Source: a virus
Strand: one strand, 5' to 3'
IMG/VR virus record: IMGVR_UViG_3300031673_000012
Location: 1 to 64,000 of that record
DNA: 64,000 nucleotides
Part shown: positions 8,792 to 18,270 of the stretch, piece by piece
How positions within the stretch are numbered: the first letter of the stretch is position 1
Layout: the number at the start of each line of letters is the position of its first letter
Position numbers and translations under genes: made by a program
Notes under the pieces: model-generated
The model's database searches: none
What the model was told of the DNA's origin: nothing
Seen by the model: only the letters and a program-made list of their open reading frames with translations

Positions 8792-9421
8792 TTACTTTTT
8801 AATCACTTTCGGAGCTGTTATATCAATTTCTTTAGCGACAGCTCGACGGAATTTTTCTTCCTCATCTTCATCATAATCATTTGGATCCGTATCCAAATCA
8901 TTTTCGTCACAAAGATCAGATAATTCCTCAAAATCCATTTCAAGAAGATCCTCCCAGGTATACTTATCATCTTTCTCTTCTCCCGATTCTTTTTTCTCAG
9001 ACTCCTTCTCTTCTTTAGGAATTTCTACTTCAATTTCTTCAGCAACATCCTTTCTGAATTCCATTACCTCATCCTTATCCTCTTTATCATAATCCTTTGG
9101 ATCAGTATCCAAATCATTATCATCACAGAGTACCTTTAAATCCTTATACTCCATTTCAAGAAGATCTTTCCAAGTATAATTCTCTTCACTTGAATCCAAA
9201 GGCAATTCTGATTGAGAAGCTTCCTTTTCAGATTTAGGATTCTTTGCCTTGGATTTAATTTTTGATTCTGCAAGTTCATCCAATTTCATGAACTCCTTTA
9301 AATCTTCATCAAGCCCATCAGGAGTAATAATCTTCATAAAGGCCATATCACCATCATCGAATTTGGCAAGAATATAATTCTCCCCTAATTCAAGCGTTCT
9401 AACAATTGTTTTTCCTTCCAT
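8792..9421 (-). CDS. very acidic protein with two ~50 aa internal repeats
   Basis: YTWxDLLEMxxxxLxxLCDxNDLDTDPxDYD...FRxxVAxEI occurs twice. Confidence 0.85.
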   Translation of the reverse strand: MEGKTIVRTLELGENYILAKFDDGDMAFMKIITPDGLDEDLKEFMKLDELAESKIKSKAKNPKSEKEASQSELPLDSSEENYTWKDLLEMEYKDLKVLCDDNDLDTDPKDYDKEDKDEVMEFRKDVAEEIEVEIPKEEKESEKKESGEEKDDKYTWEDLLEMDFEELSDLCDENDLDTDPNDYDEDEEEKFRRAVAKEIDITAPKVIKK

Positions 9422-9433
9422 TTGTCTTTAATT

Positions 9434-9697
9434 TTATAGTTCAAAATCGATTTTAAAATCTTTGTTTTGAGGTAATGCTGCTATAACTTTAGATTTAAAA
9501 TGTTGATAACCATCAGGTTTACCAGTTAATTTTAACATAATAGCCAAAGCTAATTGTGCAGGACCCGATCCTCCATATCCCCAATTAAACCCATCTGGAG
9601 AATGATTATGATATTTCTGACTTGGTTTTGGGTCGAGAATTAAACCATCAAGTGAAACACTTCTTGTTTCTGCATCCCCAGCTAATGTATGTTTCAT
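9434..9697 (-). CDS. DUF6166-like protein
   Basis: HSPDGFNWGYGGSGPAQLALA signature. Confidence 0.75.
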   Translation of the reverse strand: MKHTLAGDAETRSVSLDGLILDPKPSQKYHNHSPDGFNWGYGGSGPAQLALAIMLKLTGKPDGYQHFKSKVIAALPQNKDFKIDFEL

Positions 9698-9766
9698 AAT
9701 TCATGTAATATATTATATAATAGTACCTATGTAGTAAGGCTATTTTTCTCTTTTCTAGTCCATTTA

Positions 9767-10642
9767 TTAAGTAACCCTATGGGCCTTTGTAAAACCCGGT
9801 ATACCCATTCCAGTCTGAAAATCAAATACATTATGATCATATAATTTACTATCTCTTCCAGCAAACCAGCATACTTCTGGATGGGCTAAAGTTGGTTTTA
9901 TACGTATAGATTCAATATAATTATCACCCTCATTAAACCCTATTTCAGATTTTTCCAAAAATCCTCTTGCTTTAAACTCTTTTATAACCTTATCTTCATC
10001 TATTGGGTTAGCTCGAAGGACATCACAATGCTTTTTAATCCTATGTTTCCATTTTTCATAAATAAACATAGCTACCTGAGCAGTATCATATAATCCCAGA
10101 TCATAATATTCTTTTAAAACCCTAACTATATTACAGATATGTCGGATATCTCTAGGCCAATCATAATGCTTTTCAAATTCATGTAACCCTTCTACAGGTT
10201 CTGAAAAAGCCCAGTGATTATCTCTATAATATTTTAACCTTGTAATAAATAATACTGGTTGATCATTCAATATCTCCCAAACAGCAGTTTCAGTAACTTT
10301 CGGTAATCTTTTTAATTGTTTCATTTTTTTTCGTTCTGTATTTCTATAAATCTGTCTTTGATGTTGGGTCTTATATTTAGATGGATAATTATATTTAGCT
10401 GTATGATGTTTATGCCTTTTCTTTTTATTTATAAAATCCCTAAGACCATATTTCATAGCCTCCTTCCAATTAATTACATCATAATATTTATTATAATATC
10501 TCTCCTTAAATTCTTCAGCCTGTTGTTTATTATCAAGATGTTTACGAACAAGAACTGGCTTATGAAAATTTCGTAAATCTACTAAATACCATTTCCATTT
10601 TTTAACCTTAAACCATTCGCCAAATAATTTATCCCGTGGCAT
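9767..10642 (-). CDS. hypothetical protein with KYxYP motif
   Basis: 291 aa; KYNYPSKY...YRNTERK. Confidence 0.8.
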   Translation of the reverse strand: MPRDKLFGEWFKVKKWKWYLVDLRNFHKPVLVRKHLDNKQQAEEFKERYYNKYYDVINWKEAMKYGLRDFINKKKRHKHHTAKYNYPSKYKTQHQRQIYRNTERKKMKQLKRLPKVTETAVWEILNDQPVLFITRLKYYRDNHWAFSEPVEGLHEFEKHYDWPRDIRHICNIVRVLKEYYDLGLYDTAQVAMFIYEKWKHRIKKHCDVLRANPIDEDKVIKEFKARGFLEKSEIGFNEGDNYIESIRIKPTLAHPEVCWFAGRDSKLYDHNVFDFQTGMGIPGFTKAHRVT

Positions 10643-10643
10643 A

Positions 10644-10829
10644 TCATTCTACTACTTCTCCCAATCCTTGGGATACTATATAATCAGCAGCCATATCAGC
10701 AGCCATTCTCATAGAATAGCAACTAGTAATAAAACTAATAATCTCTGAATCAGTCAATACCAATTCTATGTAACCATAGTCCTTATTCCATAATTCCTTA
10801 AATTCTTTTAATTTCTCTTCCATCCTCAT
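10644..10829 (-). CDS. hypothetical protein
   Basis: 61 aa ORF, coupled to neighbours. Confidence 0.65.
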   Translation of the reverse strand: MRMEEKLKEFKELWNKDYGYIELVLTDSEIISFITSCYSMRMAADMAADYIVSQGLGEVVE

Positions 10830-11392
10830 TCTATTTTTATTTTATGTAACTTACGAGATTTATTATACCATATCCCAATTGATTTCTCAGAAGCATCAGG
10901 GAATTGAGTCATTACCTTCTTTATTACTTCTTCTTTTGATAAACCTTTTTGTTGTGATTCAAAAGTAAAAGCTTTCTTAGTCCCTTTAAATATCCCATCA
11001 TTAGTTCTTTCCCTTTTCTTTTTCTTCCTTTTCACAATAGTACGAACCCTTTTTCTCTTGATAATATTTCCTTCTGCATCATTTTCAGCTATATACCCCA
11101 ATCTTAATGTAGGATGTAATAATACAGTAAAATCCTCACCTCTAGATTCCATAACTTGTCTTATCAACTCTTCTTGATAAGTATCAAACGCATCCAATAG
11201 CTCGAAATGAATAGTATCAGGAAAATGATTTCTTAACCAATTAACCAACTTAGGAATAGTCCCTTCTATAACCTTATCAAATTCCATCCCCCTAATCACA
11301 CATTCCCGTTTTATATCCTTATATTTTAAATTCCCTATAAATTTATCAGCATCAGGAATATTCATTTCATATTTTCTCTTTTTCCTACTCAT
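10826..11392 (-). CDS. putative DNA-binding protein (C-terminal HTH-like, basic linker)
   Basis: GLSKEEVIKKVMTQFPDASEKSIGIWYNK; Lys/Arg tract. Confidence 0.65.
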   Translation of the reverse strand: MSRKKRKYEMNIPDADKFIGNLKYKDIKRECVIRGMEFDKVIEGTIPKLVNWLRNHFPDTIHFELLDAFDTYQEELIRQVMESRGEDFTVLLHPTLRLGYIAENDAEGNIIKRKRVRTIVKRKKKKRERTNDGIFKGTKKAFTFESQQKGLSKEEVIKKVMTQFPDASEKSIGIWYNKSRKLHKIKIE

Positions 11393-11600
11393 CTTTATTA
11401 AGTATTATACAATATTCAAGAAGAGTTTCTACTAAATGATCATAATTACCACTCATACACTCTTTTAAAACTGCAGCTATTTCATCTTGATCCCAACCTT
11501 CTTTTCTAGCTTGTTTCTGAAAATGTCCCATTAAACTATAGGCATTACTATCTATAGAAGTAAGATCAAGGTTTACTGTTTTTTCTGTAATTTTACCCAT
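11385..11600 (-). CDS. conserved small phage protein
   Basis: DSNAYSLMG...SGNYDHL motif seen in small phage proteins. Confidence 0.75.
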   Translation of the reverse strand: MGKITEKTVNLDLTSIDSNAYSLMGHFQKQARKEGWDQDEIAAVLKECMSGNYDHLVETLLEYCIILNKDE

Positions 11601-11637
11601 AACTAGTTTGTTAAGTAATACTTATAATAAATAAATA

Positions 11638-11672
11638 AATATAAATATAATAAAAAAGAAACTACTAGCAAA
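11638..11672 (-). promoter_or_regulatory. Bacteroidota-type promoter TTTG-N19-TATATTTA
   Basis: On +, caaa at 11669-11672 and taaatata at 11642-11649. Confidence 0.6.
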
Positions 11673-11689
11673 ATAAAAAAGGCTCTTTT

Positions 11690-12700
11690 TTACTTCTCGG
11701 GATAAAAAAATTCATAGTCTTCAGCACGTTTCTCTCCAGGTTGGGGTTTTTCTTTTCGATTTTTTACAATCTGTTTATCCCTATCAAATAATGCGTTATC
11801 TAAATATGTCCTAGATTTATGAATATTTTCAAGTTCCTTATAATTTAATGACTTAGTAATCAAAACTCTAAATTCTGGCCAAAATCTTTGCCCAGTTTTA
11901 CAATTCTTAACAGAATTTAAAAAATATCCAGCAATTAATCTTGCAAAATTTTCAGCGTTAGCTCGATCAGTAAAAATAAATAATCCTATTTCTGTTATCT
12001 CATTAATTATACTAGTTTTTTTTCTAACCTTAATAATTTTATAATCATTCTCTAAATGTTCAGAAATTAATGGTAAATAAATCCTACGATATTTACCCGA
12101 ATAGGAATATTTTTCCACTACTTTCAATACAGAAAATTGAGGTAATGTTGTTATATTTCTTAAGTGTTTTACATTTCTAACTTTATTCCTTCTTTTAAAA
12201 GCCGAAGGTTCTTGGATTTCCAAAGGTAAAATCCTAAAATTATTCCATCGATCAAAATCCATTATTAAATTATAGAAATCTCTGGTAGATTCATTATCTA
12301 TCTCTCTTAATTTTTCTATTTGATTAATGATAAATTTATTCCTTCTACTAGCAATCCCATAAGAAGGATCCTCCATTTGTTTAACAGATTGAGATATATT
12401 TTTTCTTTCTAAAATTGTTAAAGTCAAATATTCCTTAAAAGCAAAAGAAATATATAAATCTTCTGGAAAAAATATACCATATTTCTCAAAATGATTTGTA
12501 AATATTTCTAAAAATTTCCTAGCCCTTTTCTGAATCTCTAAATATTTAAAATGAGCTTTACTCATTATCTCCCCTGCCTCCCAAGTCGATTTACTATGGC
12601 CAAGAGATAAAGATATTGCTGTTTTTTCATCATCATTCAATATGTTCCATGCTTCCTGATTTATTCTATCTTTCGCCATCTCCATATGAAATTTTAGCAT
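11690..12700 (-). CDS. hypothetical protein with sigma-region-4-like N-terminal HTH (start probably 12679 or 12685)
   Basis: LNDDEKTAISLSLGHSKSTWEAGEIM resembles a sigma-4 HTH; overlaps the NusG-like gene. Confidence 0.6.
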   Translation of the reverse strand: MLKFHMEMAKDRINQEAWNILNDDEKTAISLSLGHSKSTWEAGEIMSKAHFKYLEIQKRARKFLEIFTNHFEKYGIFFPEDLYISFAFKEYLTLTILERKNISQSVKQMEDPSYGIASRRNKFIINQIEKLREIDNESTRDFYNLIMDFDRWNNFRILPLEIQEPSAFKRRNKVRNVKHLRNITTLPQFSVLKVVEKYSYSGKYRRIYLPLISEHLENDYKIIKVRKKTSIINEITEIGLFIFTDRANAENFARLIAGYFLNSVKNCKTGQRFWPEFRVLITKSLNYKELENIHKSRTYLDNALFDRDKQIVKNRKEKPQPGEKRAEDYEFFYPEK

Positions 12701-13442
12701 AAATCCTATCTAAACTTCTCTTACCTTGTTCATTTATTTCATCCAAACTTTTTTCTTTACAAGATTTATCAAAATCAGCATAAACAGTATAAAATATATT
12801 TTCAAAACTCACTATCGCTGTAGTTATCATTGTTTCAAGTAATAATCTAACTTTTACCTGTTTTTTCTGTTTATTAACATTAACTACTTCAGCTGTCATT
12901 CCATCATAAGGATATCCCTGAAGAGTTAAAAAATCCCCTAACTGTAATTTTTCTATTAACTCATCTGAAAATACAGACATATTTTCTGCAGTTTTTAATA
13001 ATTCAACAATCTCTTCTTCAGTGGCTGTAGCAATTCTTACTTTTTTCCTTGATTTCTTTAAAATCTTAATCCCATTTTTATTAGTTTCTTCTTTAATTTT
13101 TGTATCCTTATTATCCATTCTAAGATTTGGTTTTCTAGAAAGAGTCTTAGCTGGATCAAGTACCCAACCATAAATTGCTGGAATCTCTTCTCTTAATTTT
13201 TTAAGAAATTCTATATCACAAGCTTTATTATAAGGAATCTGAAAAAACCCATAGTTAAATAATAATGGAACATATTCATATATATTTCTATTCTTAAATT
13301 GTTTCTTTAATATCCTTATAGTAGGAATATAAACTCTAATAGAACCAAATCCTTTTAATAACAAATCACTTTCTACCCTATGAATATGGTCTCTACTTAT
13401 ATAAGCCACTACCCAAATATAATCATACTTCTGTGGGGACAT
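12666..13442 (-). CDS. nusG: NusG/RfaH/UpxY-family transcription elongation factor
   Basis: NGN domain (WVVAY...VYIPT...PLLFNYGFF) plus KOW (LQLGDFLTLQGYPYDGMTAEVVNVNKQKKQVKV). Confidence 0.85.
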   Translation of the reverse strand: MSPQKYDYIWVVAYISRDHIHRVESDLLLKGFGSIRVYIPTIRILKKQFKNRNIYEYVPLLFNYGFFQIPYNKACDIEFLKKLREEIPAIYGWVLDPAKTLSRKPNLRMDNKDTKIKEETNKNGIKILKKSRKKVRIATATEEEIVELLKTAENMSVFSDELIEKLQLGDFLTLQGYPYDGMTAEVVNVNKQKKQVKVRLLLETMITTAIVSFENIFYTVYADFDKSCKEKSLDEINEQGKRSLDRIYAKISYGDGER

Positions 13443-13980
13443 TTTTTCTTACTTTCCTTCCTAACCTATAAATTATTTGGTAATCACTATTAAACAAATC
13501 CATTGAATTTATAATAGTAAAATTATGATCATTACTTGAATAATGAAGGATTCCATATTTACAATCCCATGGCTCTATCTGAGATAACCATAATAAAAAA
13601 AAATTCGTAGGCATAACTACGAAGTGCATTCCAGCTTTCATTCCGTTCCTACGCATAAATAAAATTGGGATCTTATTATATTGTTTAGCATCCCTTTCAC
13701 ATTGCTCCCAAAATAAGATTACTTTATTTGATTTTTTACCTATAGTATCATCTATTAGATGTAAAAGATCTAATTCTAAATGAAATTTAGCCTCTAATGA
13801 AAAGGGGAATCTTAATCCATGTTTATCATCTATACAAACTACATCTCCACATGTATGTTGTTTTTTCCAATGAAGTCCACCAGATTGGGGTGTTCTAGCA
13901 AATTCATAACCAGTCCATTTAAACATTAATCTAGCTACATCTCTTTCATTTTTAGAACCTTTTCTTCTTGAATTAACCAT
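13423..13980 (-). CDS. Holliday junction resolvase (Hjc-like PD-(D/E)XK)
   Basis: NSRRKGSKNERDV...RTPQSGG...GD...LEAK. Confidence 0.85.
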   Translation of the reverse strand: MVNSRRKGSKNERDVARLMFKWTGYEFARTPQSGGLHWKKQHTCGDVVCIDDKHGLRFPFSLEAKFHLELDLLHLIDDTIGKKSNKVILFWEQCERDAKQYNKIPILFMRRNGMKAGMHFVVMPTNFFLLWLSQIEPWDCKYGILHYSSNDHNFTIINSMDLFNSDYQIIYRLGRKVRKNVPTEV

Positions 13981-14026
13981 GGCTCTAAGGTATTTTTATA
14001 TAATAGTAGTTTTTACAATACTGGTA

Positions 14027-15853
14027 TTAGGCCAAACTAGTTATTCCATCTAAATAATCTATTAGGATAATGTTTGCATTAGTAGGATTAAATTCAGCTC
14101 TATGTGTTACTAGATATAAACATTTAGATTGGGCTTTATCCTGAATTAAATCAGTTATTATTTCAATATTATCCTTATCAAGAGATTCAAATATCTCATC
14201 CATAACTAATAAAGAACATTCCTTTGTATCTGAAACGACATCATGAATAGCAAAAGCAGAAACAATATCTACCGTTTGTTGTTGACCCCCAGACAGATCA
14301 TCATAGGGAACTGGCTCCTTATTTTTAAACACATAAGTTTCCAAATCTTTATTAGCTGATTTCATATCCATGAAGAAAAACACTTGAAAATCAATGAATT
14401 TGGTATAAAATTCCAATCGTTCATTTACATCATCAAGCATTCGATTAAAGATAAAAACTTTTAAACCAGCATTAGATAATGGATCGCGAATTAACCATTC
14501 ATAAGTTTTTACATCTCGTTGAATCCTTTTTAAATTAACTGCTTTAACTCTAAGCTGAATTTTTAAGTCCCTTAGCTCGACACTTAATTTTTCAATATTA
14601 TTTTCAAGCTTTCTTTCCTTGATTTCCTGTATTCTATTTTTATGTATTTCGACCTTATCATTAAGTTCTTCGATACTCTTTAAAATAACGTCTAGTTCTT
14701 TAATTGCACTTTTACAAGAAGTAATATTTTCTAGCAATTTATTTGCACTAGCAATATTCTTTTCTACCTCTTTTATTTGCCTCTTTAATGCACCAATAGT
14801 AGCAATTTTATTTTCATAGGTTTTTCTTAATTTTATCAAATCCAATTTAATTCTTGAAATTTGTTCTTCCTTTTCCTTACTACTATAAAAGCGCCCACAT
14901 TTATCACATTTTTCTGGTAAATATTTTAAATCTTCTTCAGAACTTTTTATATCTAATTTTATTTTATCTTTTTCTTCTCTATATCGATCAATTTCACTTT
15001 CCAATTTAGTTAAATTTTTTTCCAAAGCTAAGATTTCCTTATCTGATAAACAATCGTGTTCAAATATCTCCAATTCCAATTCAAATTCATGTTTTCTTAA
15101 ATCAGCTTCATCATTATTATCAAATATCTGCCTTAGCTCGATCCTCAAAGAAGTAATAATTTCCCTTTCTATTTTAATTTCCCTTTTCTTATTATTCTCA
15201 AAATTTTCAACCATTAATTTTTGAGACCCCAATTCTGATTCTTTACCCCTAACTTTTTCTTCAATTAAACTATAAGCGCCCCCAGTTTTTAATTCTTCTA
15301 TTCGAAATTCTTGAAGTTTTCCATCAGCAAGCTTTTTCGCTTTAGAAATATAAGCAATTTCGAAAGCTTCATCAAATATTTTCTTTTTATTAGGACCAGT
15401 TTCAGAGATAATTCTTTTAAGTTTTTGTCCAAATATAATACTGTTTTTAAATAAATCATAACTATATCCAATTATCTGTTCAATCCTCTTTTGTATATCC
15501 CTCTTATCCCCTTCTTCAGGATTTTCATTATCATTAATATAAAGTAATAAAGAATTTTTAAGCTTAGAAAAATTTTCATGCCTTATAATTTTAATTACAG
15601 TTGAATCCACATATATCATTTGCTTAACTCGAGTACCGCGATAGCTCGAAGGACGAATATGAGACCAAGGTTCTACTGATCCAGATAAAAGTTTTCCGTA
15701 TATACACCAAACCAAGGCATTGATAAATTTAGTTTTACCATAACCATTAGGAGCTTGGATTATATTCAATCCATGTAATCCCCAATCAAATTTCTCATTA
15801 GAAATAGAAGCAAACCCCTCTATTTCCATTGGCCCAAAATTAATCATATCCAA
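14027..15853 (-). CDS. sbcC: SbcC/Rad50-like ATPase (T4 gp46-like)
   Basis: Walker A APNGYGKT, Zn hook CDKC, signature LSGGQ, Walker B MDEIFESLD, H-loop VTH. Confidence 0.93.
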   Translation of the reverse strand: MDMINFGPMEIEGFASISNEKFDWGLHGLNIIQAPNGYGKTKFINALVWCIYGKLLSGSVEPWSHIRPSSYRGTRVKQMIYVDSTVIKIIRHENFSKLKNSLLLYINDNENPEEGDKRDIQKRIEQIIGYSYDLFKNSIIFGQKLKRIISETGPNKKKIFDEAFEIAYISKAKKLADGKLQEFRIEELKTGGAYSLIEEKVRGKESELGSQKLMVENFENNKKREIKIEREIITSLRIELRQIFDNNDEADLRKHEFELELEIFEHDCLSDKEILALEKNLTKLESEIDRYREEKDKIKLDIKSSEEDLKYLPEKCDKCGRFYSSKEKEEQISRIKLDLIKLRKTYENKIATIGALKRQIKEVEKNIASANKLLENITSCKSAIKELDVILKSIEELNDKVEIHKNRIQEIKERKLENNIEKLSVELRDLKIQLRVKAVNLKRIQRDVKTYEWLIRDPLSNAGLKVFIFNRMLDDVNERLEFYTKFIDFQVFFFMDMKSANKDLETYVFKNKEPVPYDDLSGGQQQTVDIVSAFAIHDVVSDTKECSLLVMDEIFESLDKDNIEIITDLIQDKAQSKCLYLVTHRAEFNPTNANIILIDYLDGITSLA

Positions 15854-15855
15854 TA

Positions 15856-16806
15856 TTATTCATCTGTTTTATTTAAAATATCTATTAAAGCACGTATTTT
15901 TCTTGAGCTTTTAATTCCCTTTTCTTCTGCATATCTTTTAGCCATTTCTGTTTTATCCATAGTAGATTTAAATTCAGCCTCTGAATGTTTTTTAATTTTT
16001 TTAGGTTTTGGAATTTCTATCCAAAAATCAAGAGTCCTTTCATGTTCTTCTCCTTCTTGATAAAACCTAAATTTAGGAGATTTATAAATTACTTGTTTTA
16101 CTGAAAAATCATCGTATATTTCTAAATATCCCATATCACATCCAGCATCTGATTTACGTTGTTGGTTAGGCGCCCCCACCATATAAACATTCTTTTCTAC
16201 TCGGGTAAACTTATGGACATGTCCTGCTAGAACTAAATTAAAGTCCTTAAATAGCGCGTTAAGTTGTCGTGGTAAATTTTGAGGTTCTGGAATATATCCG
16301 CTCGGATCAGGAGCCCCATAAAGTTCTGTGTGAAGAAGTAAAATTTTATTCCCACCAATTTTAGCAAACTCTTTTATTTTATCTACCAATCCTATATTTC
16401 TACGGATATATGGTATTCCTATAATACTATACCCATTAATTTCTAATACCTTATTATCAAGACATTCAAAAACTTCCGGAAAAGCATCACAAGCAGCTTG
16501 GAACAAAGAATATTTCCCATCAATTTCATGATTACCCGATATCCCATAAATTTTTACTCCATTAAATTCTCTAATAAACCCCCTCATGGTAGAATTAAAT
16601 AAACATAAAGTCTTAGTTGTAATGGATTTTGGGGTATGAAATAAATCTCCGGGAAAAAATATAGGAACCCTTAATGATTGGGCTCTTAAAAATAAATCAA
16701 ACATAAAATGAATCGTAATAAAGATACGCTCTTCATTTTCATTAAATTGTTTCCAATCATAAAAATGCCAATCTGCCGAAGCTAAACCTATAATTTTTTT
16801 ATCCAT
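15856..16806 (-). CDS. sbcD: SbcD/Mre11-like metallophosphoesterase nuclease (gp47-like)
   Basis: ADWH, GDLFH, GNHE, LLH and GHVH motifs. Confidence 0.92.
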   Translation of the reverse strand: MDKKIIGLASADWHFYDWKQFNENEERIFITIHFMFDLFLRAQSLRVPIFFPGDLFHTPKSITTKTLCLFNSTMRGFIREFNGVKIYGISGNHEIDGKYSLFQAACDAFPEVFECLDNKVLEINGYSIIGIPYIRRNIGLVDKIKEFAKIGGNKILLLHTELYGAPDPSGYIPEPQNLPRQLNALFKDFNLVLAGHVHKFTRVEKNVYMVGAPNQQRKSDAGCDMGYLEIYDDFSVKQVIYKSPKFRFYQEGEEHERTLDFWIEIPKPKKIKKHSEAEFKSTMDKTEMAKRYAEEKGIKSSRKIRALIDILNKTDE

Positions 16807-17366
16807 TTATCAACTTCTGTTATTCGAGATAAAAAATTCCATTGAGTTAATTCCAGAATAGGACAAATTCTAAAAACTATCATATCCTTAATTATCCAAT
16901 CTATTACTGCATCAGAATAAGCCTGATAAAAGGGGTTCATCATTCTTTTACCATCATCTTCAAGTTTTATGTCTCCATTCCATCTTATAAATATTAGACC
17001 ATTACATTTAACCATTCCAGTATTACAAGAAGTAATAAATTCCAGAGTTTCTGAATGATCCAAGCAATACCCCAGTTGCATCATAATATAAGCCATATTA
17101 TCAATTGGGCTTCTATCTGTAATATAAGATTCCCTATCCAATACCATAAGCCTTTGGTTAAGAATAGCTGCTTGATACATTACTCCTACCATCTTATCCT
17201 TTACTGATTTTTCATGAGCTTCTTGATGATTTTTAAATCCAAATCTAGGCCAGATTGCTTTAGCTGAACTAGTAACAAATGGTAAATCATATTGTTCTGA
17301 AATATGAGAAGCTAAAGTAGTTTTACCCACGCCGCTAGCTCCAGTTATCATTATTCTTTTATGCAT
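16788..17366 (-). CDS. P-loop nucleotide (dNMP) kinase, AAA_28-like
   Basis: GASGVGKTT and TDRSPID motifs. Confidence 0.8.
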   Translation of the reverse strand: MHKRIMITGASGVGKTTLASHISEQYDLPFVTSSAKAIWPRFGFKNHQEAHEKSVKDKMVGVMYQAAILNQRLMVLDRESYITDRSPIDNMAYIMMQLGYCLDHSETLEFITSCNTGMVKCNGLIFIRWNGDIKLEDDGKRMMNPFYQAYSDAVIDWIIKDMIVFRICPILELTQWNFLSRITEVDKWIKKL

Positions 17367-18270
17367 GTTTTAAATTTTTAAAGGTTTTTATAAATTGGGG
17401 TTTTAGAAATGAATTAATTTCATAGGTACTACATATTTTTTTTAATTTATCTTCATCAAATTTCTCAACAGGATTAATCCAAGGAATCTTTTCTCCCATT
17501 AAAAATTTTCTGTAAAAAAATTTTAAATCTATTAATTGTTTATTTAATTTCCAAATTCCCTTAAGTTTTTCTTTATCTATTTTCCCAAACTTATCTCCAG
17601 ACTTAAGAAAATTTTTAACACTACCATATTTATTTAATAAATCTAAAGCCCTTTTTGGACCTATTCCTGGGTACCCACTTATCTTATCTGATTTATCCCC
17701 AGTGATAGCCAGATAATCTACTGTTTGTTCAACAGTATACCCCACCAATTTAGGTAAAGTAGTATACCCAATCTCTTTTCCCTTTCCGGTATTATAGATT
17801 GTAATTTCCCCATGCAAACCCGGTTCAGGATATGATATAAGTTGGTTAAAATCTTTGTCACCCGAAACTATTATTACATCCCATTCCTTTTGAGAATATC
17901 TACGGGTTATCATAGCTATAAGATCATCGGCTTCCATATTTTTTTGATAAGCGATTAATAATCCCAGAGCCATAAAAATTTCTCTACCCATATCTTTTTG
18001 TCTAAAAAAGTCTTCCACATCAAATCCAAGTTTCTTATCCCTTTCTTTATAAGAAGGCAAAAGCCCTATTCTAAAAAGGCTTCTACCACCGTCAAAAACT
18101 ACGACAACTTTATCTGGACTTAATCGTCTAATCAAACTTTCTGTTATATAAGGCATACCATAAATTACCCCAGTCTTAGCTCCATCCAATGTTTGTAAAT
18201 TCATAAATTTATAATAAGCTCGATACGCTAAATGATTACCATCGAATATGACTAACCTATTATTCATCAT
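17359..18270 (-). CDS. 5'-3' exonuclease / flap endonuclease (stand-alone PolI N-terminal type)
   Basis: FDGNHLAYR, VFDG, EADD, SGDKDF, GDKSDKISGYPGIGPKRA. Confidence 0.93.
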   Translation of the reverse strand: MMNNRLVIFDGNHLAYRAYYKFMNLQTLDGAKTGVIYGMPYITESLIRRLSPDKVVVVFDGGRSLFRIGLLPSYKERDKKLGFDVEDFFRQKDMGREIFMALGLLIAYQKNMEADDLIAMITRRYSQKEWDVIIVSGDKDFNQLISYPEPGLHGEITIYNTGKGKEIGYTTLPKLVGYTVEQTVDYLAITGDKSDKISGYPGIGPKRALDLLNKYGSVKNFLKSGDKFGKIDKEKLKGIWKLNKQLIDLKFFYRKFLMGEKIPWINPVEKFDEDKLKKICSTYEINSFLKPQFIKTFKNLKHA

